NCBI GenBank assembly: GCA_016748015.1
Contig: JAAOMT010000571.1
Coordinates: 124,001 to 188,000, forward strand
Source: Geosiphon pyriformis uo1
Lineage: Eukaryota > Fungi > Glomeromycota
DNA length: 64,000 bases
Reading direction: 5' to 3'
Shown here piece by piece: positions 1 through 10,687 of the stretch. The notes beneath the pieces were generated by a model that was not told the DNA's origin, searched no databases, and saw only the letters and a program-made list of their open reading frames with translations. Position 1 is the stretch's first letter, and every line of letters begins with the position of its first letter. The position numbers and the translations under genes were made by a program.

Positions 1-502
1 TTTTTTCAAGTATAAATGGTTTTGGGGGGGCTTTTACTCCCTCAAAATTTGGTGAAGTTATTCGTGTGACTTTCACTTTAGAAAAGACAATAATGGCTGC
101 TAGAAAGTTGACAAATGATTGTGGTATTGTGGTAAACACCAATCTTAAGCATCCAGTAAACAATCGTACAAATCAGGATATTGTGATTAAGGAGATTTCT
201 GTTGGTACATCAATTGAGGCAATGTGCACAGCTGTTTTCGAATTTGGGATTGTTGTGTCAATCAAAATGCAGTTGGTAGGGCTGTGACAAAAAGCAATTG
301 TCACTTTGGGAGATTCCGATTAGGCTGATTTATTGGCATCCAAGTGGTCTATTCTTATCAGGAAAGATGCGGTCTGAATGGCCAAAGCTGATATTGATAA
401 ACAGACTTGGGATTTTAGAGATGAGTTTAAGGTGTTGCTTTACACTTTTCCTGTGGGAACCAATGCACATAATCTTTGAGATTTTATTGGTTCAGTGGGC
501 AG
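1..502 (+). pseudogene. LINE L-a ORF1, 5' visible part (RRM-like nucleic-acid-binding protein), degenerate
   Basis: Translates as INGFGGA..SKF..IRVTFT..IKEISVGT..FGIVVSIKMQLVGL*QKA..DFIGSVG, closely matching L-b ORF1 (50687-51478). It continues in frame at 25332 (..SVG-RKTCVIE) once the LTR block and one GCAG copy are removed. Confidence 0.9.
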
Positions 503-707
503 TGCTACCAGTAGAATTTTAGCTATTAATTAGCATGAAATTACCCTTATAATTTCTATAATTTATTAGTATATTAATATCATTTCAAATTATCATTTAT
601 TATTTAATCAATTATCACATATCACAATTCAATTAAAATAATCTAATTACTATAACAGAAAGTAAGATGATCAAATTACACAATACCCTAAACTTTGTAA
701 CATTCAA

Positions 708-862
708 AAATTCACCAAAATTTACAGAAATTCGCCGAAATTTATAAGAAATTTGCCAAAATTTACAGAAATTTGCCGAAATTATGAATAGTTCACCCAA
801 ATTAATCAATAGTTCAGCGAAATAACTTGTAGTTCATCAAAATGTATCTTTAGTTTGCTGGA
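708..862 (+). repeat. Imperfect ~20-bp tandem repeats in the LTR U3 region (AAATTCGCCGAAATTTACAG-like)
   Basis: aaattcaccaaaatttacag / aaattcgccgaaatttataag / aaatttgccaaaatttacag / aaatttgccgaaatt, followed by more degenerate copies. Confidence 0.75.
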
Positions 863-916
863 ATTTGGGCAAAGAGAAAAAAGTGCAAGTTCATAAACTA
901 GTACTACAACAAGTTG

Positions 917-1006
917 TATAAAAGAAGAGCTTTTCTCTTCTGGAAAATGTATTTTACTTTAGATTTATTACTTAGAACCAATTTTACACACACAAAAAGA
1001 AATAAA
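917..1006 (+). promoter_or_regulatory. Putative LTR TATA box (TATAAAAG, 917-924) and polyadenylation signal (AATAAA, 1001-1006)
   Basis: Both motifs occur at equivalent positions in all three A/B-type LTR copies. Confidence 0.5.
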
Positions 1007-1518
1007 TACCAAATAATTTGAAAAACCAAATTCTTTAATTATTGTACTTGGAAAATCCCCAAAAATCCAACTAACATTTCGAAATTGATTAGCTACCAAT
1101 TTTAGTAAACTGTTAGTGACTCCAGGCCTGGATAGAAAACGTTTCCTTGATAAAATCTTATTTCTTTTACACTTCTTTTATTTTTCTTTTCTTTTCTTAT
1201 TACAATCATTAGGGTAGCCTACAGACAAGATTTCTGTAGAAGAGTTGACTTTCACAGCAAAGTAATTACACATTTTTAGTGAGCTTTCAGACAAGCAATT
1301 CTTGGGAAAGAGTTGACGTTTACTACAACGTAACTACATAAAGCAACTGGCACAGAATTGGGTATTCCACTCATAAGCCCAGCAAGTTCAAATTATAGGA
1401 GATAATTTGAAGTTAAAAATTCAGTTACTGGAGGTTCAACCACATACAGAAAACGTGAATTTACAGCAAATAAGTATCAACAACATTACAGAAAAGAGAC
1501 CAAAAACCTCCGGTAACA

Positions 1519-1530
1519 TTTGGTGCTCTC
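1519..1530 (+). promoter_or_regulatory. Primer-binding site of element A (TTTGGTGCTCTC)
   Basis: TGG (complement of tRNA CCA) 2 nt after the LTR end. The same 12-mer follows the 5' LTR of element D. Confidence 0.85.
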
Positions 1531-1560
1531 CCACGGAAATAACACAGCAACAAATTCAAA

Positions 1561-4500
1561 GTGGCAACCGCCTCAGACATCACAACCTTAGAGTACTATC
1601 AATCGATTTACACACACTGCAAACAATGATTTGAAATATGTGACAGAATCATAGCTTTCAAGAAAACACTTTTTCAATACATCAAAAATCGAATCAACGA
1701 CTACCTCTTTGGGAACTATAACATTACAACAGTTAAAAGAGATCTTCTTGAGAACATACTACACTATTCCAACACTGAATCAGAAAACATTAGTGCTGAA
1801 GCTTGTGCTACTTATTTTGAGGAACTCGATTATAATATCATTCGATTCTGTGAAGAAAAATATCTTCCAAATGCACAATTTGCCTTTGAACTCGAATCTG
1901 AACCTGAAACCAGTAGCAACAAAAGACAAAAAGATAACCGATCTGTTCACACAACACCCAATACTCCCAAAATATCATTCAAACATTTACAAACACCTGA
2001 ACAAGGAACCAGTTCAAAACTTCCACTTACTATCACATCTTTTCCAGCTTCACTTACACAAGCACAAACACCTAATTGACTCTTGAATCAATTTGCAAGA
2101 CCAGAAAATTTTACATCACTCAGAAGTCCTACCAGACAACAAGAACCCCTTCAAACTAGTTCCAATCTCCTTGATTTTCTAGCTGAAAATCAAAGTGAAC
2201 ACTCTGAAATAGCAGCAAACAAAGAAAACAACTCTGAAATAACCGAAGAAGAATCAATAAACAGTGAAAACAAAGAAGACGAAATGACAACATACATCAC
2301 AAAAATCTCTGAATTCAATGGAAAAGATATTGAGACCAGTCCCCAAGAATGGCTTGACCAAGTTACTAAAGCTGGAGATGCAAATGGATGGAATGCTGCC
2401 AGAATGTTAAGAACAATTCCCTACTTTCTCAAAGGAACAGCAGGAGAATGGTTTGAAAATCTTGCCGCTCCATTCAATGATTGGAATGCTTTCAAAGCAG
2501 CCTTCCTTGAACAGTTTACCGACAATAATACCTCCATCACTCTTCACAATTGTTTTCGAAATATCAAACAAGAACCCTCCGAATCTGTTATGACTTATAT
2601 TGGGAAATTCAACAAACTTCTCAAATGGATTTGCCAACTTGAGACAAACAATTATTATTCTGATGCTCAAATCTTGGATCAATTTATCACTGGTCTAAAA
2701 GATAAACTAATTAAAAAGGTTTGCTCACACGCGCCAGAAGATTTAAACTCTGCTATACAGCATACGAAAAGATATGAAATGGCTATGGAAGAAGCCAATC
2801 ATACAAAACTTGTAAATTTGGCAATTGGAGAAACCAGCTCAGCAGCTGAGGAAAAAATTGACCAACTCATAAAGAAGGTCGAAAACTATTTTACCAACCA
2901 ACAACAACAACAACCCCAAAGATATCAACCACCCCAAAGACGAAATCAAAATAACTTTGCACCACTTTCCAATAACCAGCCCCAGAATTGCCATTACTGT
3001 AAAATCTCTGGCCACTGGAAAAGAGATTGCAAAAAGCTGCAACGAGACCAACAAAATAGGGGTAATCAACATTACTCTTCACCCCAGCAATCTTATTATC
3101 AACCATCACCACCAGCTTACTATCTACCAAGACCCCAATACCAAAATAACTATTATCAGTCCACCCCACAACCAATCCAACAGCAATACCAACAACCACC
3201 CATACAACACTATCAAGTACCTGCTTGAAGACTGATTACACAAAATCAATTCATACCACAAAACCGATACCAAGTAAACAACAGTAGAATCAGTTCAAAC
3301 AACCAATTGGTTCCCCAAAATACCACTCAACCAAGACCCAACCATTATCACACTCAACCCAGTTATTTAACAATGCTGGAAGAACAGAATTTTCACCATA
3401 CTGCACTCTCAGAAGGTAGAGCTGCAGCACAACAACAACAAAACCCTTCTCNNNNNNNNNNNNNNNNNNNNATCTACCAAGACCCCAATACCAAAATAAC
3501 TATTATCAGTCCACCCCACAACCAATCCAACAGCAATACCAACAACCACCCATACAACACTATCAAGTACCTGCTTGAAGACTGATTACACAAAATCAAT
3601 TCATACCACAAAACCGATACCAAGTAAACAACAGTAGAATCAGTTCAAACAACCAATTGGTTCCCCAAAATACCACTCAACCAAGACCCAACCATTATCA
3701 CACTCAACCCAGTTATTTAACAATGCTGGAAGAACAGAATTTTCACCATACTGCACTCTCAGAAGGTAGAGCTGCAGCACAACAACAACAAAACCCTTCT
3801 CATAACCACACCACTATTCCACCAGCCCAAATTGCTGAAAACGCCAATCTCTTTGATATCTTTTTTTTTGAATTTGAAGCAAATGAATCACCATTCTTGC
3901 TTAGCAATGCAGCAGCTAATGAGCAAAAAACCATTACTGCAATGTACACAGAAGCTGAAGTAAAAGGAAAGCCAATTCGCTTGATCCTAGACAGTGGATC
4001 TGCCGGAAGCATTATTACCTATCAGTTAATGCAACAGTTGAAAAGAAATGTCGACTGACCAGTTCAAACAGTAATCGTCACTGCCAATGGCATAAAAAAA
4101 ACCCCAGTAGGAGAAATTGACAATTTTCCATTCACTCTTGATGGAATCACCATTTCAGTTAAAGTTCTTGTAATGGACACACCCCAGTACCAAGCTCTCA
4201 TTGGAAATGATTGGCTTCAAAAAGCCAATGCTAATCTGAATTGGGAAACACAAGAGTTAACAATCTTCTACCAAGGACAACACACCCGAGTACCTGTCAT
4301 TTGTGGTACATTCAACAAACGCTCTGAAAAAGCCCCAGCTTTTGAATTTGAACCAGAAGAAGAAAAACCAATAATCGAAACATTTATGGCTCTTAGATCA
4401 ATGTCCAACTGGGCTGATAAAACAAAACAAGAACATTTTACCTCACACACTAAATCTGAAACCTCTGGATGGAATATATCTTACTTAAAACCCGAACCAA

Positions 4501-7500
4501 AGAAACAATGCCCCTATATTCTTCTTAAATGTAAAGACTGCCACAAGAAACTATCGTCAATGGGAGCCTGCATTTCACCTAAAGAAAAATATGAGAATCA
4601 TACTTGTTATTACTGTAAGGCTTGCCACAGAGAGTGATGGGACCATCTAATAAAAAGGAGTGGAAAATGGGACAACACCCCTTGTTTGACTTGTGGAGAT
4701 ATGCTGCCAGAAGAATGCAATTGGATTGATGTAGCAATGAGAGGAGGCATCTGTGATCAGACCTGCCAATATGTTTTATCAATTTCAGAAAAAGTAAAAA
4801 GAAGAACACCCTTTAATACAGCATACAATAGTGCTCTCAACAAACTTTATCACTACCTTCATGATGCCGAGATGATTTTTGACTTAGCAATAGCATTAAT
4901 TAATGGAGCTACCAAAGAAGATGTTTGTCAAATGAAGGAAGCAGAATACATTGAATACACTATAAAATTGGCTGGATTCGATTATGAAGATGAAGTAGAA
5001 GTCTACCACCAAATTGCAAGTCATATCTACCCGACTTAAGAAGCTCAAATTCAACAATTAGAGCAAATAAACATTAGGTTATGTGAAGAATACATTATGC
5101 CTTGTGATGAACAATGGTGTCCTGAATGCTATGCTCTTAGTATCCCCTTGCCCAGCGAAAATAATGAGAATGAAATTGAATTTGGAGAACCTGAAGAAAT
5201 GGAAGAAATTGAAACAACATCCATCTACCTTATCAAAAATCAGTATGCCTTACAACTTAAATACTTCAACAACAATGGACAAGGAATAAAACCCGGAAAA
5301 GCACACAAAATTGATGCTGGATATGACCTAAGATATTCAGGCAAGAATACTTTTGTTCTCAAACCCAAATCTCTCACAAAAATCAACCTCAAAATTGCAC
5401 TCGAAATTCCACCAGGAGCAATGATTCAAATCGCCTCCCAGTCCTCTCTGGCAAGCAAAGGAATCAATGTCAGAGGAGGAATAATCAATGCTGGATATAC
5501 TGGAGACATAACAGTGATGCTTCAAAATGAAACTGACAAACCATTTAAGATCAAACATGCTGAAAAAATTGCCCAAGCTATTTACCTACCCTTAATCAAC
5601 ATTTCGGGTTTGCAACTAGTCAATCAAAGAGAACAATTAGAAAAAAGCAATAGAAGAACTCAAGGTTTTGGTTCAACTGGACGATTCACAATTCCAGTTA
5701 ATATAGCTCTTAACACACAAAACAAATCCCACCAGATTCTCAGACTTCCACAACCAATTACCATCTCACCCTTTGGAGAACATCTGGAAATCTACATTTG
5801 CACAAAGCCAACAACCACAAAACAAATTTTTGAGTCCAATGAACAAGTTTGCTTGGAACATAATATTTCGATCCCAAACATTTATATTCTAGAAGGAACA
5901 AAGAAAGTCTGAGTTACTTTTTACAATCCCAATAATTACCCCATAATTTTATTAAATAATTTAGAAATTGGAGTTATTCACAGTAATATATTTCAACAAG
6001 AATTACCCCAAACAGTCCCCGATTTCCCTGAAATTATTGGACATTCACTACCAAAAATCAATCCAAACCCTAGCTCTGAAAACTACCATGTTGTTATGGA
6101 AAAACTATCTTGAATCAACATGGGACAACTTGAACTACAACAACAGACCCAGCTCAAAGAACTAATTGCNNNNNNNNNNNNNNNNNNNNTAATTTTATTA
6201 AATAATTTAGAAATTGGAGTTATTCACAGTAATATATTTCAACAAGAATTACCCCAAACAGTCCCCGATTTCCCTGAAATTATTGGACATTCACTACCAA
6301 AAATCAATCCAAACCCTAGCTCTGAAAACTACCATGTTGTTATGGAAAAACTATCTTGAATCAACATGGGACAACTTGAACTACAACAACAGACCCAGCT
6401 CAAAGAACTAATTGCAGAATTTGCTGATATCTTCGCCAAAAACAACAATGACTTAGGAAGAACTGATTTGGTTTAACACCAAATTTATACAGAAGATGCC
6501 AAACCAAGGTGACAACAAACCTACTGAGTTGCCCCAGAAAGTCACCAATTTATCCGAGAAGAAGTACAACGGATGCTTAACAATGAGCTTATTTAACCAT
6601 CAATGAGCCCATGGGCCTCACCTGTGGTTCTAGTTAAAAAGAAAAATGGAAAGATACGATTTTGTGTTGATTACCGACAACTCAACAGTATTACCATTGG
6701 GGATGCCTACCCTCTTCCCCGAATTGATGACATGTTGGATGCCCTTGGAAAGTCCAAATACTTTTCAACATTAGATTTAGAGAGTGGATACTAACAAGTT
6801 GCTATGGATCCCAAAGACCGCCCCAAAACAGCATTCACCACTCAAGGAGGAAATTACGAGTTCAATGTAATGCCTTTTGGATTATGTAATACACCAGCAA
6901 CATTCCAACGACTCATGGATGTTGTTTACAAAGGCCTTCTTTGAAAATCAGTAGTAGTTTATCTTGATGATATTGATGTTTATTCACCATCTTTCGAGCT
7001 ACATTTGATTCACCTGCGAGAAGTTTTTCAACGATTATGGAAAGCAGGATTGAAACTGAACATTGAAAAATGCTACTTTGGAAAAACAAGTTTAGCTTTT
7101 CTTGGTCACATTGTTAGCAAAGATGGAATTAAACCAGACCCCGGAAAAATCAGTACTGTTAAAAACTTCAAGACTCCACAAAATACCACAGAATTAAGAG
7201 GATTTATTGGATTAGCATCCTATTACTGAAAATTCATCAAAAGATTCTCAGAAATTGCAAAACCCCTCAACCAGCTTACTACTAAAAATGTCAAATACAA
7301 ATGGACAGAAGAACACCAAAATGCCTTCGAGATACTTAAGGAAAAACTCACAACAGCTCCAATCCTTGCCTACCCAGACTTCAGCAACCAATTCCGGTTA
7401 GCAACTGACGCCTCTTATACTGCCTTTGGTGCCATCCTATCACAGTTAGATGACAATGGAAATGAGCAAGTAATTGCTTATGCTAGTAGAACATTAAAGC

Positions 7501-7769
7501 CAGCCGAAAAGAACTACCCCGCAACAGAATTAGAAACTGCAGCAGTAATCTGGACCCTACATCACTTTAACCTTTATCTCAGACCCAAAGAATTTGATAT
7601 TATCACTGATAATATTGGACTTAAATGGCTTCAAAACAAAAACACCCAGCTGAACGCAAAACAAACCCGATAGACAGGATTTTTAGCTAATTACCAATAC
7701 ATTGTACACCACAAATTAGGAAAACTCCACACCAACATTGATTGTCTCTCAAGAATGAGGCAAGATTAG
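1561..7769 (+). pseudogene. Element A Gag-PR-Cys-rich-dUTPase-RT-RNase H polyprotein, with premature stops and two small gaps
   Basis: Capsid-like EWLDQV..WFENL..FLEQF, zinc knuckle CHYCKISGHWKRDC, protease LILDSGSAGS, dUTPase DAGYDL / GGIINAGYTG / RRTQGFGSTG, RT PWASPVVLV..FCVDYRQLN..YLDDI, RNase H LATDAS..VIAYASRTL..DCLSR, ending at TAG 7767-7769. Confidence 0.92.
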
Positions 7770-7818
7770 AAAACAAAACCAACACCCATTTGAATTAACA
7801 GCATCAAAACAACAAACA

Positions 7819-9203
7819 ATGAACCCCGAAAACTACAACAATCTCAAACAATATTTGGAGACATTAACAATCTCAACAGATTGGTCCCCAGACAAAAAAC
7901 ATCGGTTACAACAACAAGCCAAACAATATTTTCTACACAACAACATTATTTATCATCAAAATTTCAAAAACCCAACCAAACCACTCAGATTAATACAAGA
8001 ACAGAAAAAAGAGATCATTTTATACAATATGCACTCAGATCCTTCATCAGCACACTTCGGAAAAGATAGCACCACCCAAAGAACACTAGAATACTACTTT
8101 TGGCTTCAAATAAGAAACGACATTCACGAATATGTCAAATCTTGTGATAATTGTCAAAGAAGAGGAGGAACTTGCCCTACAGAACCTTTAAATCCAATCA
8201 AAGTTGGACAGCCTTTTGACAGAGTTGATATTGATTTAGTCGGACCACTATCTATTACCATTCAAGGAAACCGTTATATTGCAGTAGCTGTAGACTATCT
8301 TACTAAATGGTCTAAAGCCAGAGCCATTCAACGAGCAGATGCAAAATCAGTAGCAAATTTCATCTACGAAGACATTATTTGTAGACATGGATGTCCAATT
8401 GAACTTTTATCCGATCAAGGAACACACTTTGTGAACAACCTGATACAAAAAATTTGTGAACGATTCAATGTCAAAAGACCTCTGTCTTCGTCCTACCATC
8501 TACAAACAAACGGACTTGTGAAACATTTTAACAGAACATTGTGTGAGTCATTAGCCAAAGTCTCAACCGATTTTGAGCAAGAATAGGATCTCTTTATTCC
8601 ATCAGTATTACTAGCATATAGGACATTAAAACAAGATACCATGAAACACACACTATTTGATTTAACTTATGGAAGGACAGCAACATTACCAATTAGTTTC
8701 ACAGTGAAACATACCCAGCACAACCAATCAATAAAAACAATTTCCAAGAAACGCTTCAGCAAAGAGCCTACACTCTGCTTAGCACATTGGAAGGAAAACA
8801 ACAAATAGCAGCCACCCATATTGAACACTCCCAAGCTCAACAAAAAGAACGGCATGATGACAAATTGCCTTCAGTCACCAATAAATTCAAAATTGAAAAC
8901 AAAGTTTTCTTACACAGAACTAAAGCTGAAAAACAATGAAGTGGAAAATTTGAAAATAAATGGGATGGACTATTCTTTATCCATGAAGTCCTAGGCAATG
9001 GATCATACAAGTTAAGACTTGATGACAAAATCCTAGCAAAAGTTGCACATAGAAATCGTTTGAAATACTATCATTCCAGAAACAATCTTGAATCATTAAT
9101 TCCACAAATTGGTACACATTTCCCTTTGGTCAGTTTCGAAGATATTCCCCAAAACTTAGAACTAATAGTTGTCATTGAACAACCTTCCAACCTGAACACT
9201 TAA
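7819..9203 (+). pseudogene. Element A integrase, separate ATG-started ORF, degenerate
   Basis: HHCC zinc finger (MHSD..AHFG..CDNCQR), DDE core (IDLVGP, SDQGTHF), and a GPY/F-type C-terminus (KWDGLFFIHEVLGNGSYKL). Confidence 0.9.
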
Positions 9204-9248
9204 TTTAATTTTACTAGTTATTCTCTTATAATTTAGAAAACAATCTTA

Positions 9249-9297
<49 letters not shown>

Positions 9298-10056
9298 NNN
9301 NNNNNNNNNNNNNNNNNNNNNNNNNNNNNNNNNNNNNNNNNNNNNNNNNNNNNNNNNNNNNNNNNNNNNNNNNNNNNNNNNNNNNNNNNNNNNNNNNNNN
9401 NNNNNNNNNNNNNNNNNNNNNNNNNNNNNNNNNNNNNNNNNNNNNNNNNNNNNNNNNNNNNNNNNNNNNNNNNNNNNNNNNNNNNNNNNNNNNNNNNNNN
9501 NNNNNNNNNNNNNNNNNNNNNNNNNNNNNNNNNNNNNNNNNNNNNNNNNNNNNNNNNNNNNNNNNNNNNNNNNNNNNNNNNNNNNNNNNNNNNNNNNNNN
9601 NNNNNNNNNNNNNNNNNNNNNNNNNNNNNNNNNNNNNNNNNNNNNNNNNNNNNNNNNNNNNNNNNNNNNNNNNNNNNNNNNNNNNNNNNNNNNNNNNNNN
9701 NNNNNNNNNNNNNNNNNNNNNNNNNNNNNNNNNNNNNNNNNNNNNNNNNNNNNNNNNNNNNNNNNNNNNNNNNNNNNNNNNNNNNNNNNNNNNNNNNNNN
9801 NNNNNNNNNNNNNNNNNNNNNNNNNNNNNNNNNNNNNNNNNNNNNNNNNNNNNNNNNNNNNNNNNNNNNNNNNNNNNNNNNNNNNNNNNNNNNNNNNNNN
9901 NNNNNNNNNNNNNNNNNNNNNNNNNNNNNNNNNNNNNNNNNNNNNNNNNNNNNNNNNNNNNNNNNNNNNNNNNNNNNNNNNNNNNNNNNNNNNNNNNNNN
10001 NNNNNNNNNNNNNNNNNNNNNNNNNNNNNNNNNNNNNNNNNNNNNNNNNNNNNNNA

Positions 10057-10687
10057 GTTCATAGAATAGTGTTATGACAAGTTGTATAAAAGAAGAGCTT
10101 CTCTCTTCGAGAAAATGTATCTTACTTTAGATTTATCTCTTAAAAACTGTTCCTATATACACAAAAAGAAATAAATATCAAATAATTCAAAAAACCAAAT
10201 TCTTTAATTATTGTACTTGGAAAATCCCCAAAAACCCAACTAACATTTCGAAATTAATTAGCTACCAATTTCAGTAAACTGTTAGTGACTCCAGGCCTGG
10301 ATAGAAAACGTTTCCTTGATAAAATCTTATTTCTTTTACACTTCTTTTATTTTTCTTTTCTTTTCTTATTACAATTATTAGGGTAGTCTACAGACGAGAT
10401 TCCTGTAGAAGAGTTGACTTTCACAGCAAAGTAACTACACATTTTTAGTAAGCTTCCAGACGAGCAATTCTTGGAAAAGAGTTGACGTTTACTACAACGT
10501 AACTACATAAAGCAACTGGCACAGAATTGGGCATTCCACTCATAAGCCCAGCAAGTTCAAATTATAGGAGATAATTTGAAGTTAAAAATTCAGTTACTGG
10601 AGGTTTAACCACATACAGAAAATATGAATTTACAGCAAATAAGTATCAACAACATTACAGAAAAGAGACCAAAAACCTCCGGTAACA
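10057..10687 (+). repeat. 3' LTR of element A (5' part lost in gap)
   Basis: Near-identical to 1045-1518 and ends GGTAACA. It is followed by internal gag sequence of element B, not by a PBS. Confidence 0.9.

Larger units (their letters stand above)
503..1518 (+). repeat. 5' LTR (~1016 bp), chimeric between the B-type and A-type LTR
   Basis: TG...GGTAACA termini. Homologous to 10057-10687 and 24673-25327, and followed directly by a PBS. Confidence 0.92.

Noticed and set aside
708-862. CRISPR-like array
   Set aside because: Direct tandem repeats without unique spacers, inside a eukaryotic LTR, with no cas genes.
1407-1634. ORFs spanning LTR ends (also 30851-31099, 40109-40330, 40640-40957)
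   Set aside because: Short, motif-free and not consistently open between LTR copies.
3122-3800. Apparent ~330-bp tandem duplication in A gag
   Set aside because: The copies look identical and sit either side of a ~20-N gap; this is an unmerged contig overlap.
5945-6415. Apparent ~225-bp tandem duplication before A RT
   Set aside because: Same pattern around a ~20-N gap; scaffolding artefact.
9250-10056. Long poly(A) after A integrase as a retroposition tail, and the poly-F/X ORF
   Set aside because: It runs directly into an N gap and is probably a contig-end artefact. A's ORF3 and PPT would lie in the gap.
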